Source: a virus. From it: 64,000 nucleotides of DNA. The notes below the pieces were generated by a model, which did not search any database, was not told where the DNA came from, and saw nothing but the letters and a program-made list of their open reading frames with translations. Below are positions 18,975 to 27,487 of this stretch, piece by piece. Both the position numbers and the translations under genes were made by a program. Within the stretch, counting starts at the first letter, position 1, and every line of letters starts with the position of its first letter. The stretch covers positions 3,198-67,197 of the IMG/VR virus record IMGVR_UViG_3300010354_000076. One strand, written 5' to 3'.

Positions 18975-20210
18975 TTATTCCACCAAAATAGATAATTTGT
19001 TTAATTCAGGAAAAGTTGTAAAAAAATCTTCTCCTCTAATTTTATCAGCAGAAAGTGTGTGCATAAAAAAAGTTTTTTTGTTATCTGCCCAAGTATGGCT
19101 TTCTGCGGCAAAATTCATTGCGTCAGTTGTTAGTGCGTTTAACAAAACCCATGACGGACCATTTTGCTCAACAAATTTTTTACATTTATTATACGCTGTT
19201 TCTTTTAATTCTTTAGGTAAACTTTTAGCACAGTAATAAGGCGGATGTACTGCTCTGTATAAACTATGATACCAATCATCAAGTCTTACAATATTTTTTT
19301 CTTTAAGGTAATTATAAAATTCTGGCAATGTAAGATAATTAAAAATGCTAAACACTGTATTAATCTGAAAATGTACTTGCTCTAAATCTCTAAAAGTTAA
19401 CAAATTACTTTCAACTTTTCCCCAATCTGTTCCGTGTCTTAGCCATTCGGCACGAGCACCATAATGATCAATTGAACAGCTTAATTCTACTCTCTTAAAA
19501 TATTTCCACAATTCTAAAATGTCATGATTTTTATATTTTATATTACTAGCATTTGTATTGTATCTTAAAGTGACATCTGTTCTTCCTTTACGAATCATTT
19601 CTTCTAAGATAGTATAATGTTCATCAGTAATAAGCGGTTCTCCGCCGGCAAAATAGGCAAGATCAATATGTTCAATATGAGTAAGTACTTCTTCTAATAA
19701 CTGCCCTTGATTGTCGTCGGCATGGATAACAATTGGATGGTTCGGGTTATGATTTGCTCGCTGTTCTGCGGCCCACTGACTACTAAATTCTGCTCCGCAA
19801 GTTCTACACTTAAAATTACAAATATTACTAAATCTAATATCATAATATCGCATTTTAAATTCTGGCATAGTTCCATCGGGCTGCGTTTGAGGAACTAATT
19901 CGTCAAAGTTTTTAGACCAATGCTCTTTACTGTAATGACGAAAACTATGAATACTGTCTTTTTCATGCTTATAACAAAATTCACATATTTTACTTTCTTT
20001 TTCATTGAGCATATTTAAACGAAGTTCTTTCATTTTATCGTTATTAAATGCTTCTTTAAGAGATGACTCTTTTACATTGCCGAACGGGGTAGTGTAATTA
20101 TTGCTACAACAGGGATATATATCTCCTTTTGGAGTAACATTTAAGTGCATCCAAGGGAACATACAAAAAACTTTACTCTCTGTTAATAAAAATTCTTTAT
20201 CTAAATTCAA
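18975..20210 (-). CDS. N-terminal twitch-domain radical SAM protein
   Basis: CMFPW.H...PCC...CEFC, CNFKCRTC, YFAGGEP, YNTN, SID. TTG start with GGAGA SD. Confidence 0.88.
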   Translation of the reverse strand: MNLDKEFLLTESKVFCMFPWMHLNVTPKGDIYPCCSNNYTTPFGNVKESSLKEAFNNDKMKELRLNMLNEKESKICEFCYKHEKDSIHSFRHYSKEHWSKNFDELVPQTQPDGTMPEFKMRYYDIRFSNICNFKCRTCGAEFSSQWAAEQRANHNPNHPIVIHADDNQGQLLEEVLTHIEHIDLAYFAGGEPLITDEHYTILEEMIRKGRTDVTLRYNTNASNIKYKNHDILELWKYFKRVELSCSIDHYGARAEWLRHGTDWGKVESNLLTFRDLEQVHFQINTVFSIFNYLTLPEFYNYLKEKNIVRLDDWYHSLYRAVHPPYYCAKSLPKELKETAYNKCKKFVEQNGPSWVLLNALTTDAMNFAAESHTWADNKKTFFMHTLSADKIRGEDFFTTFPELNKLSILVE

Positions 20211-20225
20211 TCTAGTTCTCCAACA

Positions 20226-21491
20226 TTAAAAATCTAATAATTCGGCGTATTCTGGAAACACTTTTTCAAAGGACTCGCCACGTAACTTATCCAAACGTAA
20301 TACTTCGTTTCTAAAAAAATCTTTTTGTTCATTCCAGGTATTTAAAAGTAACGCCCAAGGTAAGGCATCTTTTAATTGTCCAAGGTGCCATGAATTAAAA
20401 TGATTTTTTTCTAACAATGATATTGCCGACTCTAAACTATTCTTTCCGATCATTTTAAATTTTTCTGGCAATACATGTGCTGTAAGATATTCAGGTCCAG
20501 ACATATTATACAATGTATAAACTCGATCTTTATTTGTGTACAAATTTTTATCTAAAAGGTATTGATAAAAATTACCTATAGTACAAAAATTAAAAATACT
20601 TAACACAGTGTTCATTCTAAAATCAATAAATGGTTGTTTTTTAACAATCAATAAATTTTCTTCTATCTGAGCCCAATTGGTTCCATGCCGAATATATTCA
20701 GCACGTTCTCCATAATGATCGATACTAGCATATACATTAATCGGGTGTTCAAATTGCTTCCATAAACTAAGCAAATCTTTATCTTTAAATTTTAAGTTAC
20801 TCAAATTTGTGTTATATCTCAATATAACTTTAGTAGATTTTTTTCGAATCATTTCCTCTAACAAAACATAATGCTCTTCGGTAATAAGTGGTTCACCGCC
20901 GGCAAAATAAGCAGTTTTTAAATTTGAAATTTGATTCTTAACCTCTTCGAGAAAATTAGGATTATCGTTTTTAGGTATAGGTCTAGCCCAACTTACTTTT
21001 GATTTTAAATCTTCTTGCTCCCACTGACTACTAAATCCCGACCCGCATGTCCTACATTTAAAATTACATATATTACTAAAGCGAATATCGTAATACCGCA
21101 TTTTAAATTCTTTTAGGGATCCATCAGGATTAGTATTAGGAAGAACTTCATCAAAATATTCTTTATATTCATCTATAGTTGCGACTCTTGAACTTTGAAT
21201 ATTTTGTTTATCGTGCTGATAGCATTTTACACATTCTTTATTTTCTTTACTGCCTAACATGTCTAATCTGAGTTGTTTCATTTTATCAGAATTGACAAGT
21301 TCGATTAATGACTGTGTTCGACTATTACCTACTCCAGTAGTTTCATTACAAGACTCTGCTATACAACATGGAGCTGCAGTGCCGTATGGTGTTGTATGTA
21401 AATGAATCCAAGGCAACATACAAAAGACTTTGCTTTTTTTTAAAAAGAAATCTTTAATTTTTTGTTTATTTAATGAATCCATATTGCTCAT
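20226..21491 (-). CDS. N-terminal twitch-domain radical SAM protein
   Basis: CMLPW.H...PCC...CVKC, CNFKCRTC, YFAGGEP. Closest paralog of 18975..20210 (shared FKMRYYDIRFSNICNFKCRTCG). Confidence 0.88.
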   Translation of the reverse strand: MSNMDSLNKQKIKDFFLKKSKVFCMLPWIHLHTTPYGTAAPCCIAESCNETTGVGNSRTQSLIELVNSDKMKQLRLDMLGSKENKECVKCYQHDKQNIQSSRVATIDEYKEYFDEVLPNTNPDGSLKEFKMRYYDIRFSNICNFKCRTCGSGFSSQWEQEDLKSKVSWARPIPKNDNPNFLEEVKNQISNLKTAYFAGGEPLITEEHYVLLEEMIRKKSTKVILRYNTNLSNLKFKDKDLLSLWKQFEHPINVYASIDHYGERAEYIRHGTNWAQIEENLLIVKKQPFIDFRMNTVLSIFNFCTIGNFYQYLLDKNLYTNKDRVYTLYNMSGPEYLTAHVLPEKFKMIGKNSLESAISLLEKNHFNSWHLGQLKDALPWALLLNTWNEQKDFFRNEVLRLDKLRGESFEKVFPEYAELLDF

Positions 21492-22863
21492 TAGTTATCT
21501 CACAAAGTTTATAAAATGCTTCCATTTCAGGAAAAGTATCGAGAAACTTTGTATCTCTACGAGTGTCTAGTGCGTTAAACCAATTAAAAAAATCTTTTCT
21601 TCCTTCAATTAATTTTTCTCTAGTATAGTTTGTAGAATCCATATAATCTACAACCCTTTTAAACTTTTCAAATTCTACAGAAGTAAATTTATCGCTGGCA
21701 TTATCATCAACATTATCTTCCATGAATTTTAAATGATCTCTCATGTATGGCATAAATTCTTGTTTAGGTAAAATATTCATATCATATTGAATTGGATCTC
21801 TTAGATACGGAGTATCAAATCTTACACGATGTTCTTTTTTATCTTCATACCACCCATATTGTTTTCTCCACTCTAACATCTTTTCTAATAAAGATCTAAA
21901 AGTAGTTACACTTAAAATATTAAATGTAATCATAAATGTAATTGGACTAGTAGTTTTTGTTAGATAAGTATGAAAATTTTCTTCCCATACAGACAAATCT
22001 AACCCTGTTCTTATGTATTCTGCTCGAGGACCCCATGTGTCCATGCTAGTAAATAATTTAAAATTTCTAATTTTATTAGATGTTTTTAGTTCTTCTACTT
22101 CAGTGGCAAGTCTATCAACTAAAGAATTTTTAACACCGAGGTTGCTATTAACATTTAATTCCAGCCAAGGCATTGGATCTTTATTAATTTTTTCTAACAA
22201 TCTCCAAGTGCTAACATGCATCAAAGGTTCGCCTCCAGTTACACGCATAATACTTAAAGTTTTACGCAAACTTGGCCACCATTTCCAAAAAGCATTTACA
22301 TAAGGATTGTCTTCTTCTCTGCTATATAACTTCATCCAATCAATGTCGCATCTATGATTTTTAACTGTGGTTACTGGACCGTTTTCTTTAATTTCATTAA
22401 AAAATCTAGAACTATATTTTGGATGACAATATCCACATTTAAAATTACACTCATTACCAAAATTGATTTCTATGTATTCTGGATTTACATTTTGATCCCA
22501 TGGGCCAAACGCAGTTTGTTGAAATCTTTCTTCTGTGAAAATACTAGCATTACGAATATGTCTGTCGCTGATATAATCAGGTCCCATAGCTTCAATGTTC
22601 CAGCAATACTGACAGCCCGATGGCTTTTTGCTTTCGAGCATTTCTTTACGTTCTTGTTTTTTATGATCAGTGTTGTGGAGAGCGCTAGGGTTTTCAAGTA
22701 CATCTATTAACGGAATCTTATGAGGTGGCGGATGATAACAACTATGTGTTTCTCCTGTTTGAAGATACATTGTTACGTGATGCCATTTAGCTAAACAAAA
22801 GGTAGGCCCGACTTCATTTTCTACCTTTAGTTTAATAGTTTTAATTCTATCTTGTTCACTCAT
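21466..22863 (-). CDS. N-terminal twitch-domain radical SAM protein (divergent subtype)
   Basis: CLAKWHH...HSCYH...CQYCW, CNFKCGYC, TGGEPL, NSN, SMD. Confidence 0.88.
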   Translation of the reverse strand: MSEQDRIKTIKLKVENEVGPTFCLAKWHHVTMYLQTGETHSCYHPPPHKIPLIDVLENPSALHNTDHKKQERKEMLESKKPSGCQYCWNIEAMGPDYISDRHIRNASIFTEERFQQTAFGPWDQNVNPEYIEINFGNECNFKCGYCHPKYSSRFFNEIKENGPVTTVKNHRCDIDWMKLYSREEDNPYVNAFWKWWPSLRKTLSIMRVTGGEPLMHVSTWRLLEKINKDPMPWLELNVNSNLGVKNSLVDRLATEVEELKTSNKIRNFKLFTSMDTWGPRAEYIRTGLDLSVWEENFHTYLTKTTSPITFMITFNILSVTTFRSLLEKMLEWRKQYGWYEDKKEHRVRFDTPYLRDPIQYDMNILPKQEFMPYMRDHLKFMEDNVDDNASDKFTSVEFEKFKRVVDYMDSTNYTREKLIEGRKDFFNWFNALDTRRDTKFLDTFPEMEAFYKLCEITNEQYGFIK

Positions 22864-23753
22864 TTAAAGTACTTTCTCAATGTATCGTGCATTTTTTTAT
22901 AGTACACTGACCCGTCAGCAGATAAATCTGCTATCTCTAATCCATGTTGCTGTTTTAATTCTTTACCGTAATACCATAGTTTTTCTTGAGGTATTTCATC
23001 GCCGACAGTTTCCCAATGTTCTTTCCAATAATTAGTTAGGTATTCAAAATCCCTAACATTGGCATAATCCCAATCAGTACAGTTGGTTAAATAGCACCCT
23101 TCACGAGCACCTAGCATACTCCAATAACCATTTTCTACATCTCTACCAACATTACACCAAGTAATTAATCGATAATAGTTTTCCCACCATACTTGTTTTT
23201 TCATATCTGTAACTTTGGCACCTTGATCTAGGCTCATTTTTACGCCTTCTCTAAATCCAGCTCTCCAGGCCTGAAATGGAGTGGCATTAGTATAAGTGGT
23301 GCTATAGTTTACATCAAATTGATGGTATCTATGATCGAAACAAAATTCTACAAGACCTTTATGATCACTTGGATCGCTGTTTTCGTGAGTTTTCATTTCG
23401 TTAACAAACTTTCTAGTCCAAAGTTTTAATCCACCGTTACCGTACATTAAATTATTAACATGAACTTTTCCTTGCCAACTAAACACATAACTATCATCAA
23501 ACCCTAACTCATCTAAATCAATAACAACACTAAAAAATTTAGGTTCAACTATGTTATCAGCATCTACTGTAACAAAATATTCTGTTTCACTCTTTGCGGC
23601 ACAGGCCTTGTGAGCAGCATCACTACCTTTTACACCATGTACTCTTTTAGCCCAAGGAACTTTTTTTAACAAATCAGCATAATTTTTTTCAGCATTGGGT
23701 TCGTCGTAACTTAAAAACACAATATCTTGTTCGATGATTTTTATTTTACTCAT
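22860..23753 (-). CDS. GT-A fold glycosyltransferase-like protein
   Basis: DIVFLSYDEPNA...WAKRVHGVKGSDAAH...FVTVDADN (DxD)...YGNGGLKLW...QAWRAGFREGVK. Confidence 0.75.
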   Translation of the reverse strand: MSKIKIIEQDIVFLSYDEPNAEKNYADLLKKVPWAKRVHGVKGSDAAHKACAAKSETEYFVTVDADNIVEPKFFSVVIDLDELGFDDSYVFSWQGKVHVNNLMYGNGGLKLWTRKFVNEMKTHENSDPSDHKGLVEFCFDHRYHQFDVNYSTTYTNATPFQAWRAGFREGVKMSLDQGAKVTDMKKQVWWENYYRLITWCNVGRDVENGYWSMLGAREGCYLTNCTDWDYANVRDFEYLTNYWKEHWETVGDEIPQEKLWYYGKELKQQHGLEIADLSADGSVYYKKMHDTLRKYFK

Positions 23754-24328
23754 AGTTTTTCCTTAACACCATATTTTGAAAATCTTTTAATAGACGCTAT
23801 GCTAATAACATCTAAATTTTCTTCAATATCACTAGTAAATTTCACTTTAACAGATTCATTTTTTAATTGATCACTAGTAATTGTGAACTGTCTGTATAAA
23901 AAGTGAGGATCATTTTTCTTACAAACGTAAAATGTAAGACCCGGAATAATATCAAGCTTTTCTTTTATTTTTTCATCAACACTAACTATCCATTCTTTTT
24001 CATTAATATGATGACAAATAGTTACATCACTATCAACAGTTTGATTTATAATTGGAATAACTTGGAAAAGTATTCTTGAATATGGCACTGCCTCACTTTC
24101 ATTTAAAATTATTCCTTTGCTTAAATTAAAGAAATACTCAATATTGTGTGCAGCACAACTTTTTTTGCCGGTAATATATTCTTCTACTAAAAATAAGTCA
24201 ATTTCAAAATTTTTATATACACTGCTTTTAGTATTTGAAATTAGATGACAAAATCCTTCATCGTCGTAATGAATAAAAAGAGTAGAATAAGCCTTACCGT
24301 ATCTTAAGATATGTTCGTCTTCTGACAT
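23750..24328 (-). CDS. Hypothetical protein
   Basis: 192-aa ORF overlapping both neighbours in the operon. No recognised motif. Confidence 0.7.
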   Translation of the reverse strand: MSEDEHILRYGKAYSTLFIHYDDEGFCHLISNTKSSVYKNFEIDLFLVEEYITGKKSCAAHNIEYFFNLSKGIILNESEAVPYSRILFQVIPIINQTVDSDVTICHHINEKEWIVSVDEKIKEKLDIIPGLTFYVCKKNDPHFLYRQFTITSDQLKNESVKVKFTSDIEENLDVISIASIKRFSKYGVKEKL

Positions 24329-25152
24329 AATAACCTCAACTTATTAACGATTTCATCAGTTAAAAACTCATCTTCAACATAATGAAATAAACCATGTTGT
24401 TGATAATTGCCTACTTTTAAATTACCGTTATCATCAAAAAATGAAGTAACATAACTTGTCCATGTAGGAGGATTAGTATTCCAACCTTGTATGGCAGGCT
24501 TCATATGAACAAAACTAGGCAAATGTGTATTTGTAATAACATCTTCTTCACATCCCATAAACTTAATTGCTAACGCAGCACTAACATCAATACTACAAAA
24601 AGTTTGTGGTTGTTTTTTTAAAAAATGCGAATAAAAACTTTTCCAATTATCTACAATAATTTCAACCCATTTAAAAAATTCATATGAACGATCTACTTTT
24701 TTAAAGTAAAATGCTCCTGTATAAACATTGGCAAGATTATTAGCTGTAAATGTTTTTCGATAAAAATCACTAGAAATAATTTCATTCCTGTAGTTAAAAA
24801 CATTAGATGTAAAAAATAAATCTCGCTGTTCTAAATATTTCCACCAATGATCATTACTATTCAGTAATATCATGTCTGTGTCATATACAATATTTTCTTT
24901 AAATGGACTAGCATAAATTACTTTCCATCTATTTTGTACTTTCCACGGACTACCTTCGGCTTTGTCTCCCCAAGGAATAGCTACAATATGGTCAAACGCA
25001 TGTTTATATTCTTCGGGAACAGGATCATTTGTAATAAGACATGTATCTTTATATAATTTATTATGTGCCTTAATACTTAAAGCCAACGCATAGGCTTGCC
25101 TAATGTAATTTACATCAGAATTTTGAGCTACAAAAACATGACCATTAGACAT
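24304..25152 (-). CDS. GT-A glycosyltransferase (GT8/GT71-like)
   Basis: Y...A..LALSIK, ASPFKENIVYDTD (DxD), N.YTG..YFKK, FVHMK. Confidence 0.7.
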   Translation of the reverse strand: MSNGHVFVAQNSDVNYIRQAYALALSIKAHNKLYKDTCLITNDPVPEEYKHAFDHIVAIPWGDKAEGSPWKVQNRWKVIYASPFKENIVYDTDMILLNSNDHWWKYLEQRDLFFTSNVFNYRNEIISSDFYRKTFTANNLANVYTGAFYFKKVDRSYEFFKWVEIIVDNWKSFYSHFLKKQPQTFCSIDVSAALAIKFMGCEEDVITNTHLPSFVHMKPAIQGWNTNPPTWTSYVTSFFDDNGNLKVGNYQQHGLFHYVEDEFLTDEIVNKLRLLCQKTNIS

Positions 25153-25981
25153 TTTCTACCTGCCTTAACAAACTATATTTGTTCATAACATGAACATCAA
25201 CTGTTGAAGTCTTTATTGGAGTAAAATCTAGTGTAGAATCTTTTTTCTGTACTAAAAAGTTCATTACACTATTATCAATTTTATACAAAACGTCGTTATC
25301 TCTAGTATAAAAAAGTTTTCCAGGCAACTTATGAACAAACGTACTCCTACCAAATCCATTAAGCATATGGATAGCGATACTAAATGCTATGTCATTTCTA
25401 AAGTTTGAACTATGAACTTGATAAACTATTTTATAATATGTCCAATTTTCTTTAATGTGGTTAACTAAAGAAAAGAACATTTCTGTATTTTCGTTTTTTC
25501 TAAAGAAAAAAACTGTAGCCCAATAAAAATCAATTCCGTTTTCACCCACTCGAGTAAATTCATCGACGTTTCTCCATCGAGCTAGATCAAATCCTTGCTG
25601 ATAAATTAAGAAATCATGTGGCTGATTCCAACAATAATTTAATGTTGTCGAATTTACAACATAATCAACATCCATTACTAAAGTATTATCATAAGGAGTT
25701 AAATTGAAAGCAGAATGCCTAGTAGTGTTTTTCCACTCTAAGTGAGCAGTATAACTGCTTCCGTCATTGAAATATTTTTTGTTTTTTAATCCACTACTAT
25801 CAACAATTAAAATTTGGTCTAGATCAGTTTTATCTAGATCATCAAAAATACCAGCATCATCTGTTACAACGCTAACAGGAACATTTAAAAATTTTTTTAC
25901 CCTAGAAGCAGCAAACACAGCCAATTTAGCGTAGTTTATTTCACTGTTATTGTGGGCAAAAAGTAAAACCCCATTACTCAT
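25145..25981 (-). CDS. GT-A glycosyltransferase (GT8/GT71-like)
   Basis: GVLLFA, LTPYDNTLVMDVD (DxD), YWATVFFFRK, FRND.AFSIA, VHVMNK. Paralog of 24304..25152. Confidence 0.7.
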   Translation of the reverse strand: MSNGVLLFAHNNSEINYAKLAVFAASRVKKFLNVPVSVVTDDAGIFDDLDKTDLDQILIVDSSGLKNKKYFNDGSSYTAHLEWKNTTRHSAFNLTPYDNTLVMDVDYVVNSTTLNYCWNQPHDFLIYQQGFDLARWRNVDEFTRVGENGIDFYWATVFFFRKNENTEMFFSLVNHIKENWTYYKIVYQVHSSNFRNDIAFSIAIHMLNGFGRSTFVHKLPGKLFYTRDNDVLYKIDNSVMNFLVQKKDSTLDFTPIKTSTVDVHVMNKYSLLRQVENV

Positions 25982-26325
25982 TTAACTAATGACTCCACTG
26001 TTCTACTAGTTTTCAATTGAGAATATTTTGTATAGTATTCATTTACTGAACTACTATAGATAGCAACTAATGTATGTAAGAAAGATGTAGCGTCGTCAAT
26101 GCTAATTGGAGTGTGATTATCGTCAACTAGGATAATATCTTCAGTATGATCTAGATCAATTAATGTTTTTACGAAATTGATTAGTTCTCGAGTAACTGTA
26201 AACGTACCACCGTTTTGATAATGAATTAGATTTTGAAGAAATTCTTCTTTTAAGATTTGTTTTTGATTTGACAACGTAGTCATATAATTGGCTACGTCGA
26301 AAGCTTTTTGAACAATTGAATCCAT
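25978..26325 (-). CDS. Hypothetical protein, first gene of the modification operon
   Basis: 115-aa ORF with an AGGAG SD and an ATGA overlap with the next gene. No confident motif. Confidence 0.7.
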   Translation of the reverse strand: MDSIVQKAFDVANYMTTLSNQKQILKEEFLQNLIHYQNGGTFTVTRELINFVKTLIDLDHTEDIILVDDNHTPISIDDATSFLHTLVAIYSSSVNEYYTKYSQLKTSRTVESLVK

Positions 26326-26329
26326 AACG

Positions 26330-26372
26330 ACTCCTAAGATAATAGTGTATTATACTATTTTATCTTAGGAGT
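26330..26372. repeat. Inverted repeat / hairpin covering the SD of 25978..26325
   Basis: Perfect 13-bp arms ACTCCTAAGATAA (26330-26342) and TTATCTTAGGAGT (26360-26372), with further inner complementarity. Confidence 0.9.
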
Positions 26373-26377
26373 GTCAA
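26349..26377 (-). promoter_or_regulatory. Consensus sigma70 promoter
   Basis: Minus strand TTGACA (26377-26372), 17-bp spacer, TATAAT (26354-26349). Confidence 0.88.
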
Positions 26378-26396
26378 TAAAGTGAGTAGATATGGC

Positions 26397-27476
26397 TTAA
26401 GCTATAGCGGTTGATGATGCAGTTGGTAGTTGACCGCTGAAATCAACGTTTACTCCAGATGGATATGTAATATAGCAATAGCTGTGTAATGTTCCAGTCA
26501 CAGCTTCATCAACTGCTGGTCCGCCAGGAGGTACAGGGTTTTGTTGATCGCCAGTATCATTATCTTGCCAAGATATATTAAAAATGATTTGATTAGAAGT
26601 TTTATAACCGGTGACTATATATCTGTTTTCAGCATACTGGCTTGTGCCACCTTGAATTAGAAATGTTGTTGGACTACCAGAATTTGATGACATAGTATTC
26701 CAGCCAGTACTGCTTGGAATAGAAAATCCTGTGCTTCCTGTTCCTCTTAGTATGCCTGTAATGCTACATGAGCTATGATCAATAATTAAATCTCCAACTC
26801 CACTGTTAGCAGTAGCAGCATCCCCTAACATGGCTGTCCATTCAGTGTCTTTTGATGTTGCAGCCGCACCAGATCTTGAAGTCCTAATATGAACTCTACC
26901 TCCAGCATTAAAGAAACAGCGCATAGCATCAGCAGCAGAAGCTACTACTGTCTCTGTTGCTGACGATTTTGTATAGGTATTAAACGTAACAGTAATTGTA
27001 TGACTTAATGTTGCTGGAGTTGATCCGGATGTTTGACCCCATGCTCCAGCTCGCGTTTGGCTAGTTAATGCTCCGCTAGTAGAAGGCCAACCACTTGGTG
27101 CTGTTCTTTGAGCAGGATCACATAGTAGTCTATTGTTATTGATACCAAGATTAGCAAAATTCTGATACTGAGTTAAAATTGCTGTAGATACTACAGTTGT
27201 TGGAGTAACATCAAACAACGAATCATAGGAAACTCCAGTTACACCCGAGGTTGCTGCAGTGGTATTAGTCTGAACAGTAATATTCGTTTGATGCTGTCTC
27301 GCTTTAGTCATATCTGCTCGAAGATTATCCCACTGAGTAGATGTAATTGAAGCACCCGATTGTACTGATGAGCTTACCATAGGTTGCCCGTATCCTTGCG
27401 ACCCGCTGCCAATACCTAGTACAGCTCTTGCCGTATTGTAAATAGCATTATATTCTGCTGCTGTTACTTCTGCCAT
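26397..27476 (-). CDS. Putative virion / tail-associated structural protein
   Basis: Ser/Thr/Gly/Ala-rich 359-aa protein (I....WDNLR, FFNAGG) at the end of the tail-fibre block. Confidence 0.55.
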   Translation of the reverse strand: MAEVTAAEYNAIYNTARAVLGIGSGSQGYGQPMVSSSVQSGASITSTQWDNLRADMTKARQHQTNITVQTNTTAATSGVTGVSYDSLFDVTPTTVVSTAILTQYQNFANLGINNNRLLCDPAQRTAPSGWPSTSGALTSQTRAGAWGQTSGSTPATLSHTITVTFNTYTKSSATETVVASAADAMRCFFNAGGRVHIRTSRSGAAATSKDTEWTAMLGDAATANSGVGDLIIDHSSCSITGILRGTGSTGFSIPSSTGWNTMSSNSGSPTTFLIQGGTSQYAENRYIVTGYKTSNQIIFNISWQDNDTGDQQNPVPPGGPAVDEAVTGTLHSYCYITYPSGVNVDFSGQLPTASSTAIA

Positions 27477-27487
27477 GATATTTTTCC

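Noticed and set aside
1-26325. Bacterial O-antigen/capsule locus or a GtrABC-type serotype-conversion cassette
   Set aside because: It is contiguous and co-oriented with phage tail genes, and no Wzx, Wzy, ABC transporter or multi-pass membrane proteins are seen.
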